IMG/VR virus record: IMGVR_UViG_3300046780_000195
Coordinates: 1-43,994 of that record
DNA: 43,994 nucleotides
Reading direction: 5' to 3' (one strand)
DNA from: a virus
Part shown: piece by piece, positions 8,556 through 16,944 of the stretch
Position numbering within the stretch: the first letter of the stretch is position 1
Layout: each line of letters begins with the position of its first letter
Position numbers and translations under genes: made by a program
The notes under the pieces: model-generated
Told to the model about the DNA's origin: nothing
Seen by the model: only the letters and a program-made list of their open reading frames with translations
Database searches by the model: none

Positions 8556-9699
8556 TGGCCCGCTCCATGATGCCGCTCAGGAAGTTACTCTTCACCGCGA
8601 GCTTGCCGCCGATCTCAACAACCTGCTCGGGATACTTCTTCCGTGCATCCTGTGCCATGATGCCGACGACCTTGGGATAGGACTTGCTATCACCCTTGTA
8701 GCGATAGGCATAGAGCGGGAGGTCCGTCTCCTCGTCCTTGCCGATCTTCTCGATGTCGGTTTTCATTGTGCGGTCGGACAATAGCGGAGCGATACTGCCT
8801 GCGATGCTTGCAAGAGAAGACAGGCCACCGAGACCCGTGAGCCATGGATTGCTCGTTGGTCCAGCACCGGTTCCGGTCGTGGTCTGCGTCTGGCCATAGG
8901 GCACCGAACCGACAGCCTGTTCCTGCATCTGTAACCGCTGCAAGGCGTCCTGCCATGGGGCGTTGCTTACCGCCTGCGCCTGTTGCTGCAACTGTGTCTG
9001 CCCGCCCAGCGCCGCCATGAGGCCCTGCAGGTTCGCCGTCTGCCCCTGTCCGGCGAGGTTGCCCAACTGCTGATTGGCTCCAAGCTGCAAGCCCGCTCCC
9101 GCCAAACCCGCCTGCTGGTTCAATCCCTGTGCCTGCAGGCTTCTGGCAAGGTCCGCCTGTGCCGCCGCCTGCGCCTGCGAGAAGTTCGCCTGATTGAGTT
9201 GCGCGCCAAGTTGTCCGGCATACAAACCTGACTGCGCATTGTTCACGCCCTCGGACACGCCCTGTCGGCTTCCCCCGAACGCTCCCGTCTTCGCAGCGAG
9301 ATCGGCCGTTTGATTGTTGGCCATCTGCCGCTGCTGATCGATCAGCGGCATCGTCTTGTCGATGACTTGTTGCGTGTAGGGATTCATATAGGGCGACAGG
9401 TCAGTGCCCGACAGCCAGCCCGGAGTAACTTGCTGCGGTTGATAACCTGCAAGAGCCTGCGTCCCCGCCTGCGCCGAGGCATAAGCCGGATTGGTGCCTC
9501 CTACGGCATTCTGCAGGCTCTGAATGTCCTGCTGGCCCGATTGCGTAATCGGCGCAACCTGATACTGCGGCAGTGTTGATGCGTAATAATGTGCCGCCCC
9601 GACGATGTTCTGCGAGGCATTGTTCAGCCAGTCGGGGAGCTGGACCTGGCTAGTCTGCGTCGTTTGCTGATTGCTGTTTCCTGCGGGCTTGCTAGGCAT
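8542..9699 (-). CDS. structural protein with C-terminal intramolecular-chaperone (Peptidase_S74-like) autoprocessing domain
   Basis: The C-terminus LLSDRTMKTDIEKIGKDEETDLPLYAYRYKGDSKSYPKVVGIMAQDARKKYPEQV fits the S-D-x-x-x-K chaperone-domain pattern of tail fibres and endosialidases. The preceding ~300 aa are Q/G/A/L-rich. Confidence 0.7.
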   Translation of the reverse strand: MPSKPAGNSNQQTTQTSQVQLPDWLNNASQNIVGAAHYYASTLPQYQVAPITQSGQQDIQSLQNAVGGTNPAYASAQAGTQALAGYQPQQVTPGWLSGTDLSPYMNPYTQQVIDKTMPLIDQQRQMANNQTADLAAKTGAFGGSRQGVSEGVNNAQSGLYAGQLGAQLNQANFSQAQAAAQADLARSLQAQGLNQQAGLAGAGLQLGANQQLGNLAGQGQTANLQGLMAALGGQTQLQQQAQAVSNAPWQDALQRLQMQEQAVGSVPYGQTQTTTGTGAGPTSNPWLTGLGGLSSLASIAGSIAPLLSDRTMKTDIEKIGKDEETDLPLYAYRYKGDSKSYPKVVGIMAQDARKKYPEQVVEIGGKLAVKSNFLSGIMERANGNS

Positions 9700-10069
9700 T
9701 GCTCACATCCTTGGAGTAGACCACTCCGATTTTCGTCCAGCCATACTTGGGCAGCACTCTGTCCCAACCCATTCGGCCGGTCATGATCATCTGCTTGCAG
9801 CCCTCTTTGCGGGCCAGCTTCTCCATCGCCGGGACGTTCTTCATGACTCCCGGCAGACGACCACCGGCCAGCCATGCACTGTAGTATCTCCCCTTTGGAA
9901 GCTGCATGATCTCGCCGATCAGAGCGCCATCGGCATTGTCGAAGATCTGGTAACGCCCGCTTTCCAGGCCATCGACCACGTCATCCCACGTATGATAATC
10001 ACCGGCATAGTGCAGCGCCTTCTTGATGCGCTCTATCTTCTGGTCGGGGGTGAGGGGTTCAGATTTCAC
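9692..10069 (-). CDS. hypothetical protein (125 aa); GNAT-like fold possible
   Basis: Start set at GTG 10069, because the upstream part of track ORF 9692..10225 overlaps the previous gene and looks out of frame. The sequence …LARKEGCKQMIMTGRMGWDRVLPKYGW is only faintly acetyltransferase-like. Confidence 0.45.
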   Translation of the reverse strand: MKSEPLTPDQKIERIKKALHYAGDYHTWDDVVDGLESGRYQIFDNADGALIGEIMQLPKGRYYSAWLAGGRLPGVMKNVPAMEKLARKEGCKQMIMTGRMGWDRVLPKYGWTKIGVVYSKDVSNA

Positions 10070-10268
10070 GGTCTTTACCCGATATGGCAGTCGTCGTGAT
10101 AACGCCCGCATCGTCCGTCGTGATGGCATAGATCGTCCCGTTGGGAGAGCGCAGCATGACCCGCTCGCTGCCCTCGTTCTTCGACACCACGTTGCCAAAC
10201 GCCTGCGAGATGGTCTGGAAGGCAATCTGCAATTGCTGGTTTGTGAAATAGGGGAGATGGATGTTCAT
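10059..10268 (-). CDS. hypothetical protein (69 aa)
   Basis: MNIHLPYFTNQQLQIAFQTISQAFGNVV… The ATG at 10268 forms an ATGA overlap with the stop of the upstream 507-aa gene. Confidence 0.5.
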   Translation of the reverse strand: MNIHLPYFTNQQLQIAFQTISQAFGNVVSKNEGSERVMLRSPNGTIYAITTDDAGVITTTAISGKDREI

Positions 10269-11788
10269 CGCTTGGCACCCGAACCCTGCTGCTGCGGGAT
10301 GTCCACGCGCACCGTGCCGATGCCCCATACTCCATCGGAAGTAGGCTGCCAGCGAAAGCGCACGTTACGACCGGAGATGCGAGTATCACAATAACCATCC
10401 GACCGAGGGGTATAGGGTCCGAACGTGGTCACTGTGCCCTCTGGCGTATACTGGGCATAGGCCGTTACTTGCAGAGCCGTTGCCCCATCTCCGGTCGCCG
10501 CCTGCAACTGGTTGATGTCAACGATGCGATCACTTACTCCCAACGCGCCTGTCTCGACGAAGATGTCCTGAAAGCGCGGCTGCCCGGCGTTCGTCCACTG
10601 GTCAGGCTCGTCATGCTCGAACATATCTCCATCGGCATTGCCCATGAACGGCTCGGTATAGGCAACGGCAGGAGACATGGCCGAGCGGGTCAGCATCCCC
10701 CATGCCCACCAATTCTCGACATAGTTCCAGATCACGTAGCGATTGGCCTCGGTATTACCCCGCGTAGGATAGAACCACCACAGTTCGGGAAAGCGGCCAT
10801 TCTGCGCGCCATGGATGCGGTAGGGTCCATAGGATGGATCAAACTCGGCCAGGATGTCGTTCAGGATCGGGCAGTCGAGATTTGCAACACCACCGCCGCT
10901 ATAGACTTGGAAACCGTTGCGACCCAGCCATGCCGCCCTGCCGTTGAACGAGATGATCGAATCGGGATGCATCATCGCGACGGTCGATAGCCATGTGAAG
11001 CCGAAGATGAAGGGCTGCCCCACGTACTGCATCAGGTAGCAGTCGGACATCGAATGGATCAGGTGTCCTTCGCGTACCTCCGTCGCTGCCAACAAGGGGG
11101 CATGGGTATCGAGATCCTGAAAGCCCGCACTGTTGGTCGTGCTGGCGAAGTTCCAATCGGTGTAGTCCTCCCGCGATGACCATGCGACCCGGAACACCGA
11201 GCCACCACCACCGACCTGTCCAACGGCGATGACATGCCGCTCCTGGGAAACCGCTACGGCATTGTTGCCGGTGGGAGCCGTGGTCACGACAGCGGGGGCT
11301 ACCGTCGCCGTTGCCGTGGAATAGTAGAAGATACGGCCATCGGCGCTTTCGGTCATCACTACGTCCTCGCCCCAGTTATCGAACGACCAGTAGGCGAAGG
11401 GCGAGAAGATGGGCGACGGACCAGGGCGAGGCGTGCCATAGGTCGACGTGCCATAGGTCAGGGTTCCATAGCCGCCTGCTGTGCCCACAGAATCGAGCGG
11501 AACGAGAGCGGCTGGCGTGATGTCAACGTAGGTGCTGCCGTTATCCTCATAGAGTTTTGAGCCTGTGCCAACGAGGACGTGGCGCTGGTCACTGTTGTCG
11601 CGATAGACGTAGATCTTCCGCACGGGGCCGGTCAGCGGAGTTGCCGTCAGCTTGGTCCAGCCGCCGATCGGAACGATCGAGCCGGATTGCCAGCGCACGA
11701 GATTGGAATCCCAATAGCGGTCTGTCGTCTCGTAAGCGTCATTATTTCTTTCGAGGCCGGGCGGGATTTTGATCGGAACGAGGGGCAT
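10265..11788 (-). CDS. tail structural protein (507 aa), function not assignable
   Basis: Start MPLVPIKIPPGLERNN at 11788 (ATGA overlap with the tail-fibre stop). It is W/Y/G-rich and beta-rich in composition and lies in the tail gene block. Confidence 0.55.
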   Translation of the reverse strand: MPLVPIKIPPGLERNNDAYETTDRYWDSNLVRWQSGSIVPIGGWTKLTATPLTGPVRKIYVYRDNSDQRHVLVGTGSKLYEDNGSTYVDITPAALVPLDSVGTAGGYGTLTYGTSTYGTPRPGPSPIFSPFAYWSFDNWGEDVVMTESADGRIFYYSTATATVAPAVVTTAPTGNNAVAVSQERHVIAVGQVGGGGSVFRVAWSSREDYTDWNFASTTNSAGFQDLDTHAPLLAATEVREGHLIHSMSDCYLMQYVGQPFIFGFTWLSTVAMMHPDSIISFNGRAAWLGRNGFQVYSGGGVANLDCPILNDILAEFDPSYGPYRIHGAQNGRFPELWWFYPTRGNTEANRYVIWNYVENWWAWGMLTRSAMSPAVAYTEPFMGNADGDMFEHDEPDQWTNAGQPRFQDIFVETGALGVSDRIVDINQLQAATGDGATALQVTAYAQYTPEGTVTTFGPYTPRSDGYCDTRISGRNVRFRWQPTSDGVWGIGTVRVDIPQQQGSGAKR

Positions 11789-12732
11789 CAGATACCGATC
11801 TCCATAACGGTGATGCTGGAGGCCATGACGCCACCCAGCAAACGACCCGCAAGACTGCCGTTGAAGGTTATGAGAGAGCCGCCTGCGGTGCCCCCAATCC
11901 TGACCTTGAAGGTAGTTGCCGATGTCGTGCCACTCGTCATCTCCCATCTAAACGACGTACTTATCATGCCGCCAGGCTGCAGCAAATTGACGGCGACCGC
12001 CCTCAATGCGTTCACTGTGCTATCCTGAAACAAGGCAGTGACGAGGTTGTCGGCTTGATTGGCGCTGTAATTCGCCACCACATCGATCACCAGCTTGCTC
12101 GTCGCACTCTCAGGGGTGATGGTGACCTGCATGTACTCGTCGCCCTGAATATTCGTCGGGATAGAGTCGTTGTATAGGTTCAGTGTCGTTCCGGTACTCA
12201 TCACGCCCGTGATCGTGGTCTGAATCTGCTGCACGCCGATGCGGTCGGCATAGGCCGTTGTCGCCAGTTTCGTATTGTTGCTCGCCGCCGTCGTCGTCAC
12301 GCCAGTAGAGGCCGCGAGAATGCCTGTGAGAAGCGGGGCCGTCAGCGTCTTGTTGGTAGCCGTCTGGACCGATGTTAGGTCCATCATGCCAACGGTGGCC
12401 GCCGCAACGCTGCCGGTCGTCGCCATGCCGGTGGTGGCGGTCGCGAGGTCTGCGATCAGGGCAATCGTGCCATCGCTGTCCTGCACCGTCAGCGTGCGGG
12501 TGGCGCCCGCGCTGATGCTGCTCATGGCCAGCATCATGGCCTTGCTGGTCGTCGTTACGTCGAGATACTTGGTGCTGGACAGGATTTGCGAGGAAATCGG
12601 CCGCGTTGTTGTTCCGGTGAAAACCGAATCGATGATGTCCAAATCAGAGTTCAGATGACCGCCCCAGAGGTTCGCATCAGCTCCGACTTCCGGCTTCTCC
12701 AGCCCTAGATTCGCGGTAAAGCTATTCGGCAT
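11788..12732 (-). CDS. tail fibre protein
   Basis: The N-terminus MPNSFTANLGLEKPEVGADANLWGGHLNSDLDIIDSVF is the widespread tail-fibre motif LGLxKPxxG…W…LNxNxxxID. The remainder is T/A/S/G-rich. Confidence 0.7.
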   Translation of the reverse strand: MPNSFTANLGLEKPEVGADANLWGGHLNSDLDIIDSVFTGTTTRPISSQILSSTKYLDVTTTSKAMMLAMSSISAGATRTLTVQDSDGTIALIADLATATTGMATTGSVAAATVGMMDLTSVQTATNKTLTAPLLTGILAASTGVTTTAASNNTKLATTAYADRIGVQQIQTTITGVMSTGTTLNLYNDSIPTNIQGDEYMQVTITPESATSKLVIDVVANYSANQADNLVTALFQDSTVNALRAVAVNLLQPGGMISTSFRWEMTSGTTSATTFKVRIGGTAGGSLITFNGSLAGRLLGGVMASSITVMEIGI

Positions 12733-12735
12733 CGA

Positions 12736-12957
12736 TCACTCCTCGGGCGTCCAGCGAGGATCACCCGGGTCGGTGGGATTTTCCTCGGTCCATGCTTCAA
12801 AGACGACTTCGCCAGTGGCGGGATTGGTCGAGACCCTGCCGAACTTCGCCCCCTGCGCCTTCGCCTCGGTGGACGTGTTCGATGTCCATGCCTTCAGCAT
12901 GGCAGAGGATTTATACACCCCTAAGTGGCTGCGGGCGATAAAGAAAGGTTCAGCCAA
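12736..12957 (-). CDS. hypothetical protein (73 aa)
   Basis: Track ORF that is tightly packed between neighbouring genes. It ends …DPGDPRWTPEE. Confidence 0.5.
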   Translation of the reverse strand: MAEPFFIARSHLGVYKSSAMLKAWTSNTSTEAKAQGAKFGRVSTNPATGEVVFEAWTEENPTDPGDPRWTPEE

Positions 12958-13120
12958 GGCGGCGTCTCCATGTGTCGGTCGGTAGGGGTTCCTCGTTCCA
13001 CAGGTCTCCCCGGTCGGTCACGAGGATGATGACCCCCGATTCGGTCAGTATTTCCAGCAGCGATTCCGTCAGCAACGGGATTTCCAGCAGGTTGATCGGT
13101 TCGGGGGTCCAGGTCGTCAT
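12950..13120 (-). CDS. hypothetical protein (56 aa)
   Basis: Start MTTWTPEPINLLEIPLL at 13120 (ATGA overlap with the upstream stop), shortened from track ORF 12950..13159. Confidence 0.45.
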   Translation of the reverse strand: MTTWTPEPINLLEIPLLTESLLEILTESGVIILVTDRGDLWNEEPLPTDTWRRRLG

Positions 13121-13578
13121 CCGGGGATCCATGAACCGAGCAGGAAAGTGGCTACCCAAAGGGTTGTCGAAATGGCCTTCACGGTAATGACCGAATAGGG
13201 CGAGTCGGACGATACGAAGCCACCCGCACTGGAGGCTATCTCCCCCAGGGTGATGATGTCCGAGCCATCCACGTCTATTTCCAGCGTCTGCGCCGCCGCC
13301 ACAATGAAGGTGTAAGTGAGTTGGACGATGGCAGGCGTAGGCAACGTCAGGACGACTGGCCCTGCCGCTCCAGCATTGCTGAATGTCCCCGTGGTCTGGG
13401 CTGCCGTCATGCTGTGGTTGGTCGTGTAGGCTGTATAACCGACCTGAAGGCCACCGAGATAGGACGCCAGCAGCGCGGGATTGGCCGAACTGGTGACGCC
13501 GTTCTGGACAATGGGAAATTTCTCGTCGCCGTTGATGACGGGAACGAGGTCCAATCTGGAAATGGGGATGCCGGTCAT
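13117..13578 (-). CDS. tail-fibre-like structural protein (153 aa)
   Basis: Start MTGIPISRLDLVPVINGDEKFPIVQNGVTSSANPALLASYL at 13578 (ATGA overlap). This N-terminal pattern (I..L…g.e.fPvvQnGvT) is common in phage fibre and spike N-termini. Confidence 0.55.
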   Translation of the reverse strand: MTGIPISRLDLVPVINGDEKFPIVQNGVTSSANPALLASYLGGLQVGYTAYTTNHSMTAAQTTGTFSNAGAAGPVVLTLPTPAIVQLTYTFIVAAAQTLEIDVDGSDIITLGEIASSAGGFVSSDSPYSVITVKAISTTLWVATFLLGSWIPG

Positions 13579-15281
13579 TGGGCTACTCTCGGGGTCCATG
13601 AATCGCTGTTGACCGGCTCAGGCGTCCAGATGTCCGGCGTTACCGGATGAGTCTGCCAATACGATAGTTGGATTTGGGCGCGATCAGGCAGTTCGGAAGC
13701 ATTCAGGACGATACCAACCGTGGTGATGGCAGATGCGGTGAACGCTGCCGTATCCGGGGATTCGGTGGCATTCAGGACAATCCCATTGGAAACCGTTGCG
13801 ACAAAGGCAGCGGTATCGGATGCCTCGATTGCCGCAAGGGTGGCAATATTAGCAGCGGACGCCGCCACGCTGAAATTGGCCGTGTCCTGAGCTTCCGTCG
13901 CCGCAAGGGCCACATCTGTCCGTGCGGCAAGAGCGATGGCCGAGGTATCTGATGCTTCTGTCGCCGCGAGCGTGACGCCGGTTTTCGCGGTGATGACAAT
14001 GGCCGTCGTGTCGGATGCTTCCGTCGCTGCCAGAGTTATCCCGGTCTGGGCCGATATGGCGAATGCTGCGCTGTCCTGTGCCTCGGTGGCCGCAAGCGTT
14101 GTCCCGGTCTTCGCCGTTATGGCTATTGCGGCAGTATCGGCGGCTTCGGTCGCCGCAAGCGTAACGCCAGTCTTTGCAGAGATCGTGAATGCTGCCGTGT
14201 CAGCAGCCTCGGTCGCCGCCAGGGTCGTGCCCGTCTGGGCAGTGATCGCAATCGCTGCCGTATCGGCCGCTTCCGTCGCTGCCAGTGCAACTGCGACATT
14301 GACGACGAAGGCGCCCGTATCCGCTGTTTCCGTGGCGGCCAGTGTTGCCCCGGTCTGGGCAGTGATGGCGATTGCGGCGGTATCGGCCGCTTCCGTGGTT
14401 GCCAGTGTGACGGCAAGACCAGTATTCGCCGTGTAAGTGATGACGATCAGCCCAGCGCCACCCGTGCCGGTATGCGAGGAAGCGTTATAGGAACCACGGG
14501 CACCGCCTCGGCCACCACCCCCTCCGCCGTAGACCGCACCGTCCCCCGCCGTCGAGAGCGTTACGCCGGTATTGGTGTTGGTGCCCGAACCGCCGCCGCC
14601 CGAACTGGCACCGGCTGTCGCTCCGCCCGCTGTAGCCGTCCATAGCGTAGCGGCCGTACCGCTCGTGCCGGTCGTTGGTGTGACATCGCCCGTGCCGCCG
14701 CCGCCACCAGCCGGTGAGCCACCATTGGCCGTGCCACCGCTGCCACCGGCTGTCGTCGCAGGATTGCTCGGCGAGCCGCCGATCCCGGTCGTGCCCGCAG
14801 CACCCGCGCCGCCTGCCCCGCCCAGATTCTTGCCACTCGAAGCGCCGCTGCCGCCGTTGCGCGCGGTCGTCTGGGTATAGACAACGGTTGGCGATCCAAG
14901 ATCGCTGACGGTGAAATTACTGCCGCCGTTGACACCTGAAGCATCTGCCGCCGCTGACCCGGGAATCGCATAAAATGCTCCCGAATTGGCGCTGCTGCTT
15001 CCCCATTGATTGCTGATAGTCGAACCACTGCCCCCCGCCCCCACAAGGAACGCAACCGTCGTCGTGCTGGGCGTCAGCGTGCCTGACGAATAGGTCATCA
15101 GCCGATAGGCACCACCCGCACCGCCGCCGCCGCCATTCGGCCCTGATCCCGTGGTTCCTATTGCCCCGGCGCCACCGTGACCTACACCTTCAACTGTATG
15201 GCCAGTCGCAGGCACTGGAAAATCGGCCGGTACTGTCCACGGTGAACTTGTTGCGGCCAACAGGAAGACGATGGTAGCCAT
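13575..15281 (-). CDS. glycine-rich-domain protein with about 12 tandem 21-aa repeats (568 aa), probable virion surface/tail protein
   Basis: The N-terminus …SSPWTVPADFP…GGGGGAGGAY…GGAGLIVITY resembles the phage glycine-rich domain. It is followed by repeats of the form LAATEAADTAAIAITAQTGTT. Confidence 0.7.
   Translation of the reverse strand: MATIVFLLAATSSPWTVPADFPVPATGHTVEGVGHGGAGAIGTTGSGPNGGGGGAGGAYRLMTYSSGTLTPSTTTVAFLVGAGGSGSTISNQWGSSSANSGAFYAIPGSAAADASGVNGGSNFTVSDLGSPTVVYTQTTARNGGSGASSGKNLGGAGGAGAAGTTGIGGSPSNPATTAGGSGGTANGGSPAGGGGGTGDVTPTTGTSGTAATLWTATAGGATAGASSGGGGSGTNTNTGVTLSTAGDGAVYGGGGGGRGGARGSYNASSHTGTGGAGLIVITYTANTGLAVTLATTEAADTAAIAITAQTGATLAATETADTGAFVVNVAVALAATEAADTAAIAITAQTGTTLAATEAADTAAFTISAKTGVTLAATEAADTAAIAITAKTGTTLAATEAQDSAAFAISAQTGITLAATEASDTTAIVITAKTGVTLAATEASDTSAIALAARTDVALAATEAQDTANFSVAASAANIATLAAIEASDTAAFVATVSNGIVLNATESPDTAAFTASAITTVGIVLNASELPDRAQIQLSYWQTHPVTPDIWTPEPVNSDSWTPRVAQ
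13662..14405 (-). repeat. in-frame tandem repeat, about 12 copies of a 63-nt (21-aa) unit
   Basis: Residues ~293-540 have L-A-A-T-E-A-x-D-T-A-A recurring every 21 aa (two units of 19 or 23). The antisense track ORF 13936..14436 shows the mirror periodicity (SAASVAASV…). Confidence 0.85.
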
Positions 15282-15895
15282 CAGCGGCTCTCGCCGAAGT
15301 AGTGCGTAACCGTATCGAACCGCTCGCCTTCGCTCTCACGGGCCGCGACGAACGCCTGCATCGCTGCCGACTTGGAATAACTCCGATCAACGTGAATCTT
15401 GGTCGTGTCCTCCTCGTGCGTCAGCATCACACCGCAACGATCAGGGCGTAACTCCGGACTCATTGGCCGGTTACCGCTCTGGCTCTGCAGCCATATACAT
15501 TCAAACCTGCCACACACGACTGGTTTGCTGGCGTTGATCGAGCAGCCGGCATTGCAGAGGTTGTGGCAGGGCTTATGGCTGGGCTTGGTGAAGCCGTCGC
15601 CCTCATCGGCCACAAAGGGCGTGATGCAACAGGCCCGACAGGAGCCACAGGGCTGACGCTCGGGATCGGCGTCGAGCACTGCCTGCTCGCCTTTCCAGAT
15701 GATCCATTCCTTGTGGTTCCAGATGTCGGTCATCGGCTGCCATCCGGCGTTGCTCACAAAGTAGCGTTCGCCTTTGCCGAACATCGTATTGGCCGGGATA
15801 GACATCGGGTCATCGGTGAACACGACCCTGCATCCGCCACCATGGTCCTTAATACCGGCGATCAGGCCCCACTGAATGGCAGGCAGAGCACTCAT
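15281..15895 (-). CDS. YkgJ/UPF0153-type CxxCxxCC cysteine-cluster (putative Zn/Fe-binding) protein
   Basis: CGSCRACCITPF … KPCHNLCNAGCSINASKPVVCGRFECIW reproduces the CxxCxxCC … C…C…C..RP..C..F.C pattern of that family. Confidence 0.6.
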   Translation of the reverse strand: MSALPAIQWGLIAGIKDHGGGCRVVFTDDPMSIPANTMFGKGERYFVSNAGWQPMTDIWNHKEWIIWKGEQAVLDADPERQPCGSCRACCITPFVADEGDGFTKPSHKPCHNLCNAGCSINASKPVVCGRFECIWLQSQSGNRPMSPELRPDRCGVMLTHEEDTTKIHVDRSYSKSAAMQAFVAARESEGERFDTVTHYFGESR

Positions 15896-15900
15896 TGACC

Positions 15901-16308
15901 TTACGAATGAGTGATCGTGCCGGAGTTGATCGAGACCGTCTGTCCGTTCGTCACGTTGACGTTGGCAATGATCACATCTGCTCCGGTTGTCGCTACCGTG
16001 AGCCCGGTGACAATGGCCGTGCCCGCGTTGTTCCTGAGTTCGGCCTTCGATGCGGTGGCGGTCAGGATGGCCGTGGTGGTGATCGGCACTGCCAGCATGG
16101 TAATGACGCCGGCGCTGAGCGAGAACGGTGTCGAACTCAAGACCCCTGTGGCAATCACACCCGTCGATCCCGAGAGGGTGCTGGTGCCGATAACGATAGT
16201 GCCGGCCGAAAAGGCTCCAGTCGATGCGGCGGCGACCTTGCTGCCGATCAGGTCAAGGACAAGCTGCATACGATTGTCCTTGAGTGTCGATGAATACGTA
16301 ACAGCCAT
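15901..16308 (-). CDS. Ser/Thr/Ala/Gly-rich structural protein (135 aa), hypothetical
   Basis: Track ORF with beta-rich low-complexity composition (…GTSTLSGSTGVIATGVLSSTPFSLSAGV…), inside the virion module. Confidence 0.5.
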   Translation of the reverse strand: MAVTYSSTLKDNRMQLVLDLIGSKVAAASTGAFSAGTIVIGTSTLSGSTGVIATGVLSSTPFSLSAGVITMLAVPITTTAILTATASKAELRNNAGTAIVTGLTVATTGADVIIANVNVTNGQTVSINSGTITHS

Positions 16309-16317
16309 GATGATCCT

Positions 16318-16944
16318 CTATCCGAAAGTGGCCATGCGGGTACGGATACGGGTCGTTGGCCGCTTGGCCCGCTCGCTTTCCAGTTTCATGTCATCGGTGA
16401 TCTTGTTGGCCGCGCCCGCCCATACCGCAATGCGTTCGTCGTCCTTCAGGAAGGGAGCCGAAGCCGCGAGAGCAGAATAGAGGTAGAGATCGGGCGACTT
16501 CAGCAGCAGCCAGTTGGACGTGTTGCTGACGGAGAGCGCGGGAATCTTGGCGTAGTAGCGGATGTCGTACGACACGTCTCCCGTTGGCACCGGAAGAACC
16601 TGGAAGGCACCATTCAGAATGGTATAGTAGCGGGTCGTGTTGGTGAGGCCGCTCGCTTCCAACTGGTCGAACTCTTCCTCGCCGACATATTCTAGGATCT
16701 GCATCCCCGCTGTCGGGTCTTCCAGCCTGAGCGTGCGCGTTTCCAGCCAGTCGGAAGGCACGGCCACGAGGTCAGCGCTGGAAGTGCCGTCCGAGAACAC
16801 TTCCATCTGCAGAACGCGCAGGGTGCGGTTGATCTGCGCTTCTCCGATGGTGATGAAATCAGGAATCTGCGCAACCAAATCTTGACGGTTAAGCCAGTCT
16901 GCCACCGAAGCCTTCAGGCCGGTATAGGTGCCATCAAGGGCCAT
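16318..16944 (-). CDS. putative head-tail adaptor / connector protein
   Basis: The N-terminus LKASVADWLNRQDLVAQIPDFITIGEAQINRTLRV resembles adaptor and head-completion proteins. It lies downstream of the capsid gene. The call rests on position and pattern only. Confidence 0.4.
   Translation of the reverse strand: MALDGTYTGLKASVADWLNRQDLVAQIPDFITIGEAQINRTLRVLQMEVFSDGTSSADLVAVPSDWLETRTLRLEDPTAGMQILEYVGEEEFDQLEASGLTNTTRYYTILNGAFQVLPVPTGDVSYDIRYYAKIPALSVSNTSNWLLLKSPDLYLYSALAASAPFLKDDERIAVWAGAANKITDDMKLESERAKRPTTRIRTRMATFG

Noticed and set aside
13662-14405. Regular ~63-nt repeat array considered as a possible CRISPR array.
   Set aside because: The units are contiguous with no unique spacers, in frame within a long ORF, and degenerate progressively. 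This is a coding tandem repeat, not repeat-spacer architecture.
13936-14436. 166-aa plus-strand ORF with a striking SAASVAASV periodicity.
   Set aside because: It is the antisense reading of the 63-nt tandem repeat in the 568-aa gene. The periodicity reflects the sense-strand repeat and is not a separate gene.
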